Below are positions 50,916 to 60,073 of a stretch of 64,000 bases of DNA, piece by piece. This DNA is from a virus (Duplodnaviria > Heunggongvirae > Uroviricota > Caudoviricetes): the IMG/VR virus record IMGVR_UViG_3300020045_002497, positions 26,853 through 90,852 of that record. One strand, given 5' to 3'. A program made the position numbers and the translations under genes. Under the pieces are notes generated by a model. That model was not told the origin of the DNA. It did not search any database and saw only the letters and a program-made list of their open reading frames with translations. Within the stretch, counting starts at the first letter, position 1, and every line of letters begins with the position of its first letter.

Positions 50916-51235
50916 TATACAAAACTTAAGTTAACTGAATCATGTTTTAAGATGTGTAAGATATTAGGATTAACTTTAAGTGTATTCTTATCAACTTGTT
51001 GAAATACTTTCTTAGTAACTAACTTCTTAATGTAGTTATTAAAGTTAAATTTATCCATGTCTAATGACATACGTATATCTGTTCTAGAATCTTTATCAAG
51101 AATAGAGATTTGTTTATCTACAATAACAACTAAGATCTCAATTTCCTTTTCAGTTAAATGTCCCATAATAGGATTTAACATCTGAATGAGATATTTAGTT
51201 TTCTGAGATATGGGAAGTTTAAGTTTGAATTCCAT
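50915..51235 (-). CDS. hypothetical protein
   Basis: ORF track. Confidence 0.45.
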   Translation of the reverse strand: MEFKLKLPISQKTKYLIQMLNPIMGHLTEKEIEILVVIVDKQISILDKDSRTDIRMSLDMDKFNFNNYIKKLVTKKVFQQVDKNTLKVNPNILHILKHDSVNLSFV

Positions 51236-51615
51236 TAGTTTAATCCTTTATTACATAAATCTCTAGCACTAATACATTTCCAAGATGTTCCTTCAATAGT
51301 TACACTAAATAAACACCAATCAACTATATCTTGGTAAAATTGATCATAAAAAGAATTACTTTCATCTAATGTAATTACACTATGAAATCTTTTTCTAAAA
51401 CAATTGTGTACTCTAGTGTCTATAACTTCAGGATCAATATTTTTAGGTATAAAATTTAATTGAAACTCAGTAACATATTCACCAGCTTCATTAATAACCG
51501 GTTCTAATACTTTATATTCAAATCTACCGTAGCCTTGTTTAGATCTAACTTTAGAATCTGCTTGTAGGTTTATGATTTTTAAAAATGTATCTATAAATTC
51601 TTTTGTAACTTTCAT
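51235..51615 (-). CDS. hypothetical protein
   Basis: ORF track; the promoter-like 16-mer abuts its start codon. Confidence 0.45.
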   Translation of the reverse strand: MKVTKEFIDTFLKIINLQADSKVRSKQGYGRFEYKVLEPVINEAGEYVTEFQLNFIPKNIDPEVIDTRVHNCFRKRFHSVITLDESNSFYDQFYQDIVDWCLFSVTIEGTSWKCISARDLCNKGLN

Positions 51616-51631
51616 ACTATAAATATAACTG
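51616..51631 (-). promoter_or_regulatory. promoter-like repeat ACTATAAATATAACTG abutting a start codon
   Basis: Identical to the 16-mer at 44314..44329. On the minus strand it reads CAGTTATATTTATAGT then ATG, so the TAnnTTT element ends 5 nt before the ATG, which suggests a leaderless or very short-leader mRNA. Confidence 0.35.
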
Positions 51632-52008
51632 ATTTAGTTATTATAACCAAATTTATTATATAACTAAGTTAATTATACTTGTTATTAGATACAATAATCC
51701 CCTTTAGATTTTTAGATCTAATGTTTGGATTAGTTGTGAACTTATATCTACCTGTCTTTAACCCTCCTAGTAAACTAGTGTCTGCATGCTTTATTCCTGT
51801 TAATTCAGGAGGATACTTTATACCTCTTGCTGCAGCTGTAGAATTTCATTATTACAACCTTTTGTACCTATCGGTGACACCTCATCTACTATAATCTCTA
51901 TTATTTCAAGAGTGTGGATTACTAACCAACTTCTAACCAGGTTTTAACTTATTAAGTGATACCCTGGTGAATTACTTTATGTAATAGTACTATACAAATA
52001 TAGTGAAT

Positions 52009-52191
52009 TTATTTAACATTTCCTAATTTTTTATTATCTACTTTTTGTTTTTTAACACATTCTTTACACACATTAGTATTGTAAAATTTATCTTTATAAT
52101 ATCCACTAGGACCTTTTCTAACTTTACAGTGAATACAGGTTTTAAAAGTTCTCTTCTGAGAATCTAAAGGTATAGTTAAAATATAATACAT
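52009..52191 (-). CDS. small Zn-ribbon protein
   Basis: CIHCK...CKEC cysteine pairs. Confidence 0.4.
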   Translation of the reverse strand: MYYILTIPLDSQKRTFKTCIHCKVRKGPSGYYKDKFYNTNVCKECVKKQKVDNKKLGNVK

Positions 52192-52412
52192 TATTCTTCA
52201 GTTATAGGACTAGTCCCAGTTAATAGGTAAAATTGATTAATCTTCTCAGACATAATTAACTTGTCATTAATATGATCCATATCATCATAATCTAGTTTAT
52301 CATTATATCTTTTTTTACATACACCCATTTTAAGGTAAATTGATCCATCAGGTAATATACCTTTAATTTGGTGATCTAGGAAATTCTTTGATTTAAATTG
52401 TTCTCTACTCAT
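52191..52412 (-). CDS. hypothetical protein
   Basis: ORF track; start/stop overlap with neighbours. Confidence 0.4.
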   Translation of the reverse strand: MSREQFKSKNFLDHQIKGILPDGSIYLKMGVCKKRYNDKLDYDDMDHINDKLIMSEKINQFYLLTGTSPITEE

Positions 52413-52413
52413 G

Positions 52414-52605
52414 TTATTTAATATTTAATTGTTGTTGTAGTTTAATTAATTCAGATTTGTTTTTAATTTTAAATCTCATAACCCATTCTCCAGGTACATA
52501 AGATGAATATGCTTGTATTTTAATAACCCAATTATCATCTTGTTGAATTAACCAATAATGAATACCATTGTTAAATCCAAATTCTTCTGTTTTTTGAAAA
52601 GTCAT
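52414..52605 (-). CDS. hypothetical protein
   Basis: ORF track. Confidence 0.4.
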   Translation of the reverse strand: MTFQKTEEFGFNNGIHYWLIQQDDNWVIKIQAYSSYVPGEWVMRFKIKNKSELIKLQQQLNIK

Positions 52606-52650
52606 TAACTGTCTTCCTGTAAATGGTGATTTTTTAGAATCTCTTAATTC

Positions 52651-52905
52651 CTAACCTAAACTTTCTATATCAGATTGGTCTAGTGTTTTGACTCTAATAG
52701 TCTTGGAATATAAATGAGTTCCTATTTGGGATAATCTAATAGATTTTAAATCATATTTAAATCTATGCCAGTTTGTAGGAATATAGTTATTCTCTTTATA
52801 AGTAGCGATTCTATCATCATACTTCTCAAACTCAAATCCTACATGAAACTCTTCTATTGTAGGTATGTAGTATAAGTTATTTTCCATTTGTATAGTTTTT
52901 ATCAA
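52651..52905 (-). CDS. hypothetical protein
   Basis: ORF track. Confidence 0.4.
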   Translation of the reverse strand: MIKTIQMENNLYYIPTIEEFHVGFEFEKYDDRIATYKENNYIPTNWHRFKYDLKSIRLSQIGTHLYSKTIRVKTLDQSDIESLG

Positions 52906-53089
52906 TATTCCATTTATATTCTACATTAGTATCAGATTTATGATTATCTGTTAATATGCTTAAAGCTGATTTGTAATGTGAAGTATCATATCTAATCTTC
53001 ATATAGTTACTTAATGCTTTAGCAAATTCCTTCCAAGGATCTTCATCCTTCCAAAACTGTTGTTGTTTATATTCTGATATACTAACCAT
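52877..53089 (-). CDS. hypothetical protein
   Basis: ORF track. Confidence 0.35.
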   Translation of the reverse strand: MVSISEYKQQQFWKDEDPWKEFAKALSNYMKIRYDTSHYKSALSILTDNHKSDTNVEYKWNIDKNYTNGK

Positions 53090-53279
53090 TTTGTAAATCT
53101 TTAATAATATAAATTAAAATTTCTTTTTCTGTAAATTTATTTCTTCTTTGAATTTCATTATATTTAGGGTGAATAAATTGACCAGTAGTTAATAAGCTAC
53201 AATAATATGTAGTTCTACCATTTATCAAACTTAAATCTTTACATTCACCATATTTATCAAATAATACTTTCATTACCAA
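53082..53279 (-). CDS. hypothetical protein
   Basis: ORF track. Confidence 0.35.
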   Translation of the reverse strand: MVMKVLFDKYGECKDLSLINGRTTYYCSLLTTGQFIHPKYNEIQRRNKFTEKEILIYIIKDLQNG

Positions 53280-53485
53280 CTAAATTGTTCTTTAGGTCCA
53301 TTAATAAAATACTCAGTTAAGAGTTTATTTCTAAAAGCTCTATACTCAGTTGCTGTACCAGAAACTCTAGATGAAGGTTTAATTATTTGAATATACTGAT
53401 CTAATGTAATAGTATATTCTCTGAATCCTATAACTAAAGTTACATGTTCAGCATCCGGAATTCTGTATTTAATCTCTACATTCAT
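53273..53485 (-). CDS. hypothetical protein
   Basis: ORF track. Confidence 0.35.
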   Translation of the reverse strand: MNVEIKYRIPDAEHVTLVIGFREYTITLDQYIQIIKPSSRVSGTATEYRAFRNKLLTEYFINGPKEQFSW

Positions 53486-53604
53486 GATATAAAAGTAGTA
53501 ATTTAGTTTAAATCTACCAAATTTATTTTAAAATTAGGTGACATAGAATATGGCTTTTTTAAAATTATAACCTGATAATAAATTATAGATTTAAGGGTAT
53601 GACC

Positions 53605-54159
53605 TTAAGATTTATCTGTGTTTGAGATTTTAAGGTATTCAATTGCTTTAATAAAATTACTAACTTTATCTTTCATACTACCTAAAGCTAAATTACAAGA
53701 TGAGCATAGTAATCCTCTAACCTTATTGGTTTCATGACAATGATCTACATTAAGTTTATCATACCAATCTTCACAAATAAGGCATTTTCCTTTTTGATTA
53801 GTATACATTAATTGATATTCTTCTAAAGAAATATTATATCTATATTTTAATCTAAATTTTCTTTTTCTTAAAGACTCTTTAATAGGGTCTTCTTTTCTTT
53901 TTAAAAATCTTATTTTGTTTCTACAAACCTTACAACTACTCATTTTATTAACTTTATGATTAGAACACCAGGAGAATAATTCAACATCTTTATTTTCATT
54001 ACATGTTATACATTTTTTCAATCCTATTAATATAGGTTTATGAGGTTTATGACCATATCTACATTCTTTGCATGTTCCATGATACCCATCTTTATTAGCT
54101 TTACATAAAGTAAAGTCTTTAAAATCTTTGTTTATTTGACATTTGTTACATATTTTCAT
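53605..54159 (-). CDS. HNH endonuclease (Zn-finger plus HNH)
   Basis: VDHCHETNKVRGLLCSSCNLALG carries the D-H...N...C-x-x-C-N HNH signature, with an N-terminal Cys-rich region. Confidence 0.65.
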   Translation of the reverse strand: MKICNKCQINKDFKDFTLCKANKDGYHGTCKECRYGHKPHKPILIGLKKCITCNENKDVELFSWCSNHKVNKMSSCKVCRNKIRFLKRKEDPIKESLRKRKFRLKYRYNISLEEYQLMYTNQKGKCLICEDWYDKLNVDHCHETNKVRGLLCSSCNLALGSMKDKVSNFIKAIEYLKISNTDKS

Positions 54160-54175
54160 AGTACAAATATAACTA
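54160..54175 (-). promoter_or_regulatory. promoter-like element TAGTTATATTTGTACT on the minus strand
   Basis: TATATTTG is an exact match to the Bacteroidota -7 consensus TAnnTTTG and ends 5 nt before the ATG of the HNH gene. Related to the 16-mer repeats at 44314 and 51616. Confidence 0.35.
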
Positions 54176-54328
54176 ATATATTCTATTCTTCCAAACTTTA
54201 GAACAATTATTTTTTAATTTTTTTTAAAATTTTATGAGTATTTATTGATGGGGCCCACCCTTAATCGACCTACCCCCACTAAACTTTGAGAGAAAGTCAA
54301 ATCAATTCTCTCTTAAAAAACTATCATT

Positions 54329-54613
54329 ATGAAAATCTTATTTAAAGTATCTGCTGTTGAAACTAGAGTTAATCCAAAGGATAAATCTGAGTTTATTTCT
54401 TTATCATTAGTTAAAGAAAAGAAAGTTGAATTGAATGGTTGTGTAACTAATGCTAAGCTATATGCTGATCATGCATGTGCATCTACTACTCTTAATGTAG
54501 GAGATACATTCACATTTGACTCTGAATTGTATAACATGGTTCAAAGACCTTATGCTAATGCTGAAGGTGTTACTAAAGTAGCTAATAGCATCTTTGCTAG
54601 AGCTGAAGTTTAA
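54329..54613 (+). CDS. hypothetical protein (94 aa)
   Basis: ORF track; preceded by AAAAACTATCATT-ATG and followed by a terminator. Confidence 0.5.
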   Translation: MKILFKVSAVETRVNPKDKSEFISLSLVKEKKVELNGCVTNAKLYADHACASTTLNVGDTFTFDSELYNMVQRPYANAEGVTKVANSIFARAEV

Positions 54614-54618
54614 TAGAG

Positions 54619-54644
54619 GGGAGAGTAATCTCCCTTCTTATTTT
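54619..54644 (+). terminator. rho-independent terminator
   Basis: gggaga-gtaa-tctccc hairpin with a GNRA-like loop, followed by ttcttatttt. Confidence 0.5.
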
Positions 54645-54856
54645 AAGCTAAACCCAATGATTTTTAGATTAAACCCAATTAATTATTAATTAACTAGTTG
54701 ATTTACAGTTAATTAATAGAATTTAATTGATCATTGAGTTGGAGAGCACATCAATCCCATCCTCTATTCCCCTATTTTCACAAACCATATATACATAACA
54801 GTCTTATATATTAATAGCTTAAACAAACTTATTACTAACCTCAAATAACTATCACT

Positions 54857-55276
54857 ATGAAAACTTTACCTTACCCAATACCAGAAACATTAACTAAAGA
54901 GAAAGAACTATTAATTGCTAAATGTGACTTATTAATAGAAGCTTTTACTGAATTATGTAAAGAAGAATCTAAAAGATTAGATAACATTAAACAACAAGCA
55001 TTAGCAAATAGACAATTTAAATATTCTATTTTAACTGATGAATATGGTTGGAAAAGATTATATAAAGAATGTACTCCTGAAACTATTGTTGATAAAGATA
55101 TACATTCTAAAGGACAATCTAATGCATTTAAAATAATAAACAATGTATTATTTTATGCACATTATGATGAAAAAGCTAAATCATATTGTGAATATACTAA
55201 TACAGTAGCTAACAAATTAATACCTCAAGGAATATTTGATGAAACTACATTAGAATCAATCAATATTAACTGGTAA
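54857..55276 (+). CDS. hypothetical protein (139 aa)
   Basis: ORF track; preceded by AAATAACTATCACT-ATG. Confidence 0.5.
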   Translation: MKTLPYPIPETLTKEKELLIAKCDLLIEAFTELCKEESKRLDNIKQQALANRQFKYSILTDEYGWKRLYKECTPETIVDKDIHSKGQSNAFKIINNVLFYAHYDEKAKSYCEYTNTVANKLIPQGIFDETTLESININW

Positions 55277-55382
55277 ACAACTAAAATCTTCTAACGGTGG
55301 TCGCCTGAAGATTTAACTAATTCTCAATTCGCAAATTGCAAATCAATCTAATTCAATCATTAATTAACTAAACTATCACATT

Positions 55383-55451
55383 ATGAAAACATTATTATTA
55401 ATCATTATTCTATTGACAATCAATACTATAATTGTAATTTCAACTAATTAA
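55383..55451 (+). CDS. tiny hydrophobic peptide (22 aa)
   Basis: Hand-translated MKTLLLIIILLTINTIIVISTN*; preceded by AAACTATCACATT-ATG, the same upstream motif as its neighbours. Confidence 0.3.
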   Translation: MKTLLLIIILLTINTIIVISTN

Positions 55452-55474
55452 CTAACCATTTAAAAACTATCATT

Positions 55475-55717
55475 ATGTCAATATTTAAAAATATTACAGA
55501 AGGTTATGTTAAAATAATAATAAATACCAATTTATCTTTTTATTTAAGATATTACAATAACAATAAACAAATGTTATTTAGTTATTTAAATATTACTCTA
55601 AAATTACCTCATACAACAACTAATTTAGAATTTAATAACCAATTTAATCAATTTATTAACAATATAAAAAACTATTATCATGTTAAACACATTTCAAAAA
55701 ACTACACCATCAGGTAA
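55475..55717 (+). CDS. hypothetical low-complexity (N-rich) protein
   Basis: ORF track; preceded by TAAAAACTATCATT-ATG. Confidence 0.4.
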   Translation: MSIFKNITEGYVKIIINTNLSFYLRYYNNNKQMLFSYLNITLKLPHTTTNLEFNNQFNQFINNIKNYYHVKHISKNYTIR

Positions 55718-55904
55718 ACCAGTTGTTAATAAACAAACTAAATTACCCGAATTTACAAAATCAATTAATCAACGTTTACATAAAGTATGTAAAGAATTAG
55801 GTATAGAAACTAAATGGTGTGATAAAACATTTAAAGTTATACCACAATATACACCTGAACAACGTTGGAATAATATTCGTACTTCAGTATCAGTATTAAC
55901 TTAA
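55680..55904 (+). CDS. hypothetical basic protein (74 aa)
   Basis: ORF track; preceded by AAAAACTATTATC-ATG. Overlaps the previous ORF by 38 nt in a different frame. Confidence 0.4.
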   Translation: MLNTFQKTTPSGKPVVNKQTKLPEFTKSINQRLHKVCKELGIETKWCDKTFKVIPQYTPEQRWNNIRTSVSVLT

Positions 55905-55909
55905 TTATT

Positions 55910-56011
55910 ATGAAAGTAATATTTATATTAGGTATTCTTCAAGGAATATTTATACTATTAGCATTCATAGCTATGATATATGAAGAAAACAAAAGAAGAA
56001 ATAATAACTAA
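55910..56011 (+). CDS. tiny membrane peptide (33 aa)
   Basis: Hand-translated MKVIFILGILQGIFILLAFIAMIYEENKRRNNN*. Confidence 0.3.
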   Translation: MKVIFILGILQGIFILLAFIAMIYEENKRRNNN

Positions 56012-56216
56012 AAATCAATTAGTAATTCCACTGTAAATCATTAAATCCTGATGAAGGACACCAGAAAGTCTGGCATGTTTGTGGGTTACTAATTGATTAT
56101 CAATATTAAAATATAGGAAAGCTATAATGCAGTACGATATAACTAGCCAAGCTGATTATATTAGGAATGTTCCTATATTTTATACCAAATTATCAATCAT
56201 TTAAAACTAAATAATT

Positions 56217-56366
56217 ATGGAAATATTAATAATAATATTATTGGTATTAATATTAATTATAACAATAGTGTATATTTATATAAAAGATTACAAAAAAACT
56301 TATTATAAATGTATATGTTTTGGAATAACTAGTTATACCACTATAAAATGTCAAAAATGCAAATAA
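56217..56366 (+). CDS. small membrane peptide with C-terminal Cys pairs (49 aa)
   Basis: Hand-translated MEILIIILLVLILIITIVYIYIKDYKKTYYKCICFGITSYTTIKCQKCK*. Confidence 0.35.
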   Translation: MEILIIILLVLILIITIVYIYIKDYKKTYYKCICFGITSYTTIKCQKCK

Positions 56367-56421
56367 CACATTAAAATCACTTGCTTAAAATAAATTATTA
56401 ACTAACTAAAAACTAATCACA

Positions 56422-56685
56422 ATGAATCAAGATTTATTACTCTTAATTGCATGCATATCATTATTATTTTATGGATGCAATGTATTAGCAGATTGTACAT
56501 TTGATAGACCATTATCAGCACATTTTGGATATGGATTAATCTGTATAATCTCAACATGGCAAATTATACCAGCCTTAGCAATAGGTATATTAATTATATT
56601 TGTTATCTATTCATTAGTAATACTTACTATATGGTTAGCAAATTATAAAACTAAACATCATGCTAGCAACTATAAAAACTCGTGA
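56422..56685 (+). CDS. small multi-TM membrane protein (87 aa)
   Basis: ORF track; hydrophobic throughout. Preceded by TAAAAACTAATCACA-ATG. Confidence 0.45.
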   Translation: MNQDLLLLIACISLLFYGCNVLADCTFDRPLSAHFGYGLICIISTWQIIPALAIGILIIFVIYSLVILTIWLANYKTKHHASNYKNS

Positions 56686-56963
56686 AGAAGAAGTGTACTT
56701 TGCATTTGTTAAATATCAATTAGCAGATCATGCATGGTTGTATGCAAGTATTTTATATTCATAAACAATATTAAACAATCAACAAGCTCTCATATAATAT
56801 TATTAAAGACTTTGAAGTCACAGCTTAATTTGCTCAATGTGTTCTATACACTTTAATATTATATCATCTTGTTAATTGTTAATAGTCCAGTGTAAACTTA
56901 TTACACTAAATCAATTAAAAACAAATAAATAAACAATTAATTAACAATTTAAAACAAATCATT

Positions 56964-57410
56964 ATGAAAAATTCAGTCGTAGTAACAGCAAATCCAGCAA
57001 ATGGTCAAGTATTCACTTCTAGCGGTGTATCTGAAAAAGATGGTAAAGAATACGGATTTATCCGTGTAGAATCAACAGAAATTGATTTCTCTGGACCAGT
57101 AGCTCAAAAGAAAACTCGTTCGGCTTTAAAAGCTATGAGTCGTGAAACATTTGATGCTGCAGAATTAGCAGCAGGATCAGTAATTCCCGGACATATTGTT
57201 GTGAAAGAATCTACAACAAAAAATCCTAACAGAACTAACCAATTACCTAAAACACAAGGTAAAGATGGTGGAGTTTTGTTATTAAACGGATTACCAATCT
57301 ATCGTGAAACAGAATTCACTACAGATTTATCTGTAAAAGATGAAATGCTTAAACATACATCAGTAGGTGCTCCTATTGCTGTTGCTTCAGCACAACCACT
57401 TAATTCTTAG
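56964..57410 (+). CDS. hypothetical protein (148 aa)
   Basis: ORF track; standard codon usage with a GC-richer sequence. Followed by a nested-hairpin terminator. Confidence 0.55.
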   Translation: MKNSVVVTANPANGQVFTSSGVSEKDGKEYGFIRVESTEIDFSGPVAQKKTRSALKAMSRETFDAAELAAGSVIPGHIVVKESTTKNPNRTNQLPKTQGKDGGVLLLNGLPIYRETEFTTDLSVKDEMLKHTSVGAPIAVASAQPLNS

Positions 57411-57417
57411 GAATTAA

Positions 57418-57470
57418 TAACTAGTTTCTAGAGATTAAGGAGGGTTCATTACCCTCCACTAGTTCTTTTA
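57418..57470 (+). terminator. terminator-like nested hairpin
   Basis: Inner stem ggaggg / ccctcc, outer stem aactagt / actagtt, then cttttat. Confidence 0.45.
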
Positions 57471-57862
57471 TAGAGTTTAGTGTGATAGTTTTTCTCTATA
57501 CATTTAAGTATTATGTAAAATACTCCTTGTAGGTTAGTTGGTCAAACCTTACTTTAAAATATTGTAACTTAGTTACAGAAGAAGAGCCAGACATATAATA
57601 GTAAAGTTACTGGTACATGGGATAACTGTTAATTTAGAAATATTGTTCCTCAAAACAATTTAAGCTTTAGATGGTAGTTCAATTAGGCTTTCTATTACAG
57701 TAATTACAACAGAAATACAGATGTGAGAATTTGTAGAGTATGTTGTAAACTGTTTAAATAAAATATTAAAATATTAATCAAAGTTGCGTACTATGTGATG
57801 CTGATTATAACCTCACCAAGATTAAGTGCGACCTGGGACACATTCAATAACTTAAATATATT

Positions 57863-58363
57863 ATGGAAACATTTAAAGACATTATAGGCTGTGAAGGTCT
57901 ATATCAAATCAGTAATTTAGGTTCTGTTAAAAATACTAATAGAAATAGTATATTAAAACCTAATAAGAATAGTGGAGGTTATGAAGTTGTAATCCTATAT
58001 AAAAATAATAAACCAAATGCATTTAAAATACATAGACTAATTGCTATACATTTTATTGATAACCCTAATAATTATCTAATTGTTAATCACATAGATAATG
58101 TTAAAACTAATAATGATATTAGTAATTTAGAATGGGTTACAATTAGAGAAAATACATGTCATGCTTATAATTTAAAAAATACATCTTCTAAATACCCAGG
58201 TGTTTCTTGGTATAAAATAGTGAATAAATGGAGAGCTAGAATTCGTATTAATGGTAAAGAAACATATATTGGTTATTATTCAACTGAAGAGTTAGCTTCT
58301 AAAGCATATAATGAATATCTTATAAAATACAATATCCCTAATAGATATTCTAACAAAACTTAA
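57863..58363 (+). CDS. HNH homing endonuclease (NUMOD4 + HNH_3 + AP2 domain architecture)
   Basis: GCEGLYQISNLGSV is NUMOD4-like; HIDNVKTNNDISNLEWVT is an HNH_3-like core; YPGVSWYKIVNKWRARIRINGKETYIGYYSTEELASKAYNEY is an AP2 domain. A 450-nt structured non-coding leader precedes the gene. Confidence 0.75.
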   Translation: METFKDIIGCEGLYQISNLGSVKNTNRNSILKPNKNSGGYEVVILYKNNKPNAFKIHRLIAIHFIDNPNNYLIVNHIDNVKTNNDISNLEWVTIRENTCHAYNLKNTSSKYPGVSWYKIVNKWRARIRINGKETYIGYYSTEELASKAYNEYLIKYNIPNRYSNKT

Positions 58364-58500
58364 TGTGTTGTCCTTTAATTAGGCATGATAAAAGCATCTA
58401 AACAGTGTGTATATCTCAGCATGAAACCATCAATCAGGTGAGAAGCCTGTTCTTTTTAAACTAATTCACTCAATCATTAATCAACTAAAAATCACAAATC

Positions 58501-58974
58501 ATGAAACAATCTACAATGACTAAACTATTATTAATTGGATTATTAATAGTTGCTATTTCAGCATGCTCTTTAGCACAACAAGGTTTTGACACTAATATGT
58601 TTAAAACTAAAACAGAACTTAAAAAATTAGATCAAAAGACTATTAAATTAGATCTTGCTATTAAAGTTGACAATAAAGATATATATGATACCACATATGT
58701 ATTAAACATTGTTAATTATAATACAGGTAAACTAACTAGTATGAAAGTATCTAATAAGTTTATAATATACTTAGATTACAATCAAGAATTTGAAATCTCA
58801 GTTAATTATAAAGGAACTAATACTAAAACTATTATTGTAGATACAGATAGTCCAATTGATAATTGGTACATCATATCAGGTATTCACTTAGAAACAACTA
58901 ACTCTAATAGAATATTAGCAGGTGGTATTAGATATGATGCTAAATTACAAACATTTAGAAAGTATAAAAACTAA
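58501..58974 (+). CDS. putative lipoprotein (signal peptide plus lipobox-like ISAC)
   Basis: N-terminus MKQSTMTKLLLIGLLIVAISACSLAQQG. Confidence 0.5.
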   Translation: MKQSTMTKLLLIGLLIVAISACSLAQQGFDTNMFKTKTELKKLDQKTIKLDLAIKVDNKDIYDTTYVLNIVNYNTGKLTSMKVSNKFIIYLDYNQEFEISVNYKGTNTKTIIVDTDSPIDNWYIISGIHLETTNSNRILAGGIRYDAKLQTFRKYKN

Positions 58975-58978
58975 TTGT

Positions 58979-59014
58979 GGAGGCTAGATTAATTCTAGCT
59001 TCCCTTTTTTACAA
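58979..59014 (+). terminator. rho-independent terminator
   Basis: 10-bp stem with one mismatch (ggaggctaga / tctagcttcc), followed by cttttttac. Confidence 0.5.
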
Positions 59015-59036
59015 CCGTAACTTAAACTTAAAAACT

Positions 59037-59456
59037 ATGAAAAAATCAATCTTATTATTATCAATTATAACTATATGTTATGCTTGTCAAAAACAAACTA
59101 TTGAACCAACAGTTCAGAATAACATACAACAATCTACATGTGGACCATTAGGTGATTGTTTCTCAGGTACATATGTATTTGATTCAATCTTAAGCTCTAA
59201 TGTACCTAATAATCCATATCAAGATACAGTATGTAATGGTTTAACTTGTATTATATCTTATGAAGGTGATACAATTATTAATGGTGGAAATTATATTAAA
59301 TATAATGCTGATTCAGCATTTAATAGTACACTTTTTTTATCACAAGGATCTATAACTAATTTAAATGCTATGATTTGGAGTAAAAATGATGCTTATAATA
59401 ATGTATTTGCATTACAAACTAAAACAAACAAAATATTAGTTTTCAAAAAGATTTAA
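59037..59456 (+). CDS. secreted/lipoprotein-like protein (139 aa from ATG 59037)
   Basis: The ORF-track frame opens at 58977, inside the terminator hairpin. The in-frame ATG at 59037 is preceded by TTAAAAACT-ATG, the shared upstream motif, and gives MKKSILLLSIITICYACQKQ, a signal peptide. Confidence 0.5.
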   Translation: MKKSILLLSIITICYACQKQTIEPTVQNNIQQSTCGPLGDCFSGTYVFDSILSSNVPNNPYQDTVCNGLTCIISYEGDTIINGGNYIKYNADSAFNSTLFLSQGSITNLNAMIWSKNDAYNNVFALQTKTNKILVFKKI

Positions 59457-59462
59457 TCATCA

Positions 59463-59497
59463 ACACACTATATTATTAATTTAATATAGTGTGTTTA
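59463..59497 (+). terminator. strong hairpin terminator
   Basis: Perfect 13-bp stem acacactatatta / taatatagtgtgt with a 6-nt loop, followed by ttt. Confidence 0.55.
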
Positions 59498-59584
59498 AAT
59501 TAAGAATTACTTTTTATTAGGTGCTGTTATAAGCTGACGGTTACGAATGTTACTATGGAAAATTAATTTAAAAAACAAATACAG

Positions 59585-59980
59585 ATGGATAATAAAGGAG
59601 AATATTTAGGCTTATGTAATTTAAGCTCTTGTAAAACACACAAACCAGCAACTTATTATAATTACGGTACATCAAAATACTATTGTAAAGAATGCGCTGA
59701 AAGGTTAAATAATGATGAATATAATCAAAGAGATGCTATGCGTATATTTGGACATGATTTATGTATTGAGGAATCAATAAGACCTAAAAGAATAGATGAA
59801 ATACCAACAACTGAACCATTTATTTTAACCAATCCTTATATTGGATTAGGCTCTGATTTTACACCAACCGTAAGGCATAACCCTTATATTAAATCTGAAC
59901 CAAGTCAACAAAATAATGATTTATGTAATTGTGAAAGTGGGTTGAAATATAAAAAGTGTTGCAAAACTGTTTCAAAGTAG
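59585..59980 (+). CDS. Cys-rich Zn-ribbon protein (131 aa)
   Basis: CNLSSC...CKEC and C-terminal CNCESGLKYKKCC cysteine clusters. Confidence 0.5.
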   Translation: MDNKGEYLGLCNLSSCKTHKPATYYNYGTSKYYCKECAERLNNDEYNQRDAMRIFGHDLCIEESIRPKRIDEIPTTEPFILTNPYIGLGSDFTPTVRHNPYIKSEPSQQNNDLCNCESGLKYKKCCKTVSK

Positions 59981-60073
59981 CTACCGTTTGCTTATAACTA
60001 CTTGCTAAGACCACCTAACCTACTTAACTAACTGATAATGAATATAGAAACAATTAAACCCTAAATAATATAT

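Noticed and set aside
51679-51894. 71-aa plus ORF in the non-coding gap
   Set aside because: Opposite orientation to all surrounding genes, no upstream motif, proline/leucine-rich chance frame. Treated as non-coding.
54871-55143. 90-aa minus ORF antisense to 54857..55276
   Set aside because: The plus-strand gene has the conserved upstream motif; the antisense frame does not.
58977-59036. ORF-track start at 58977 for the second secreted protein
   Set aside because: That ATG lies inside the terminator hairpin of the preceding gene. The in-frame ATG at 59037 has the shared upstream motif and yields a clean signal peptide.
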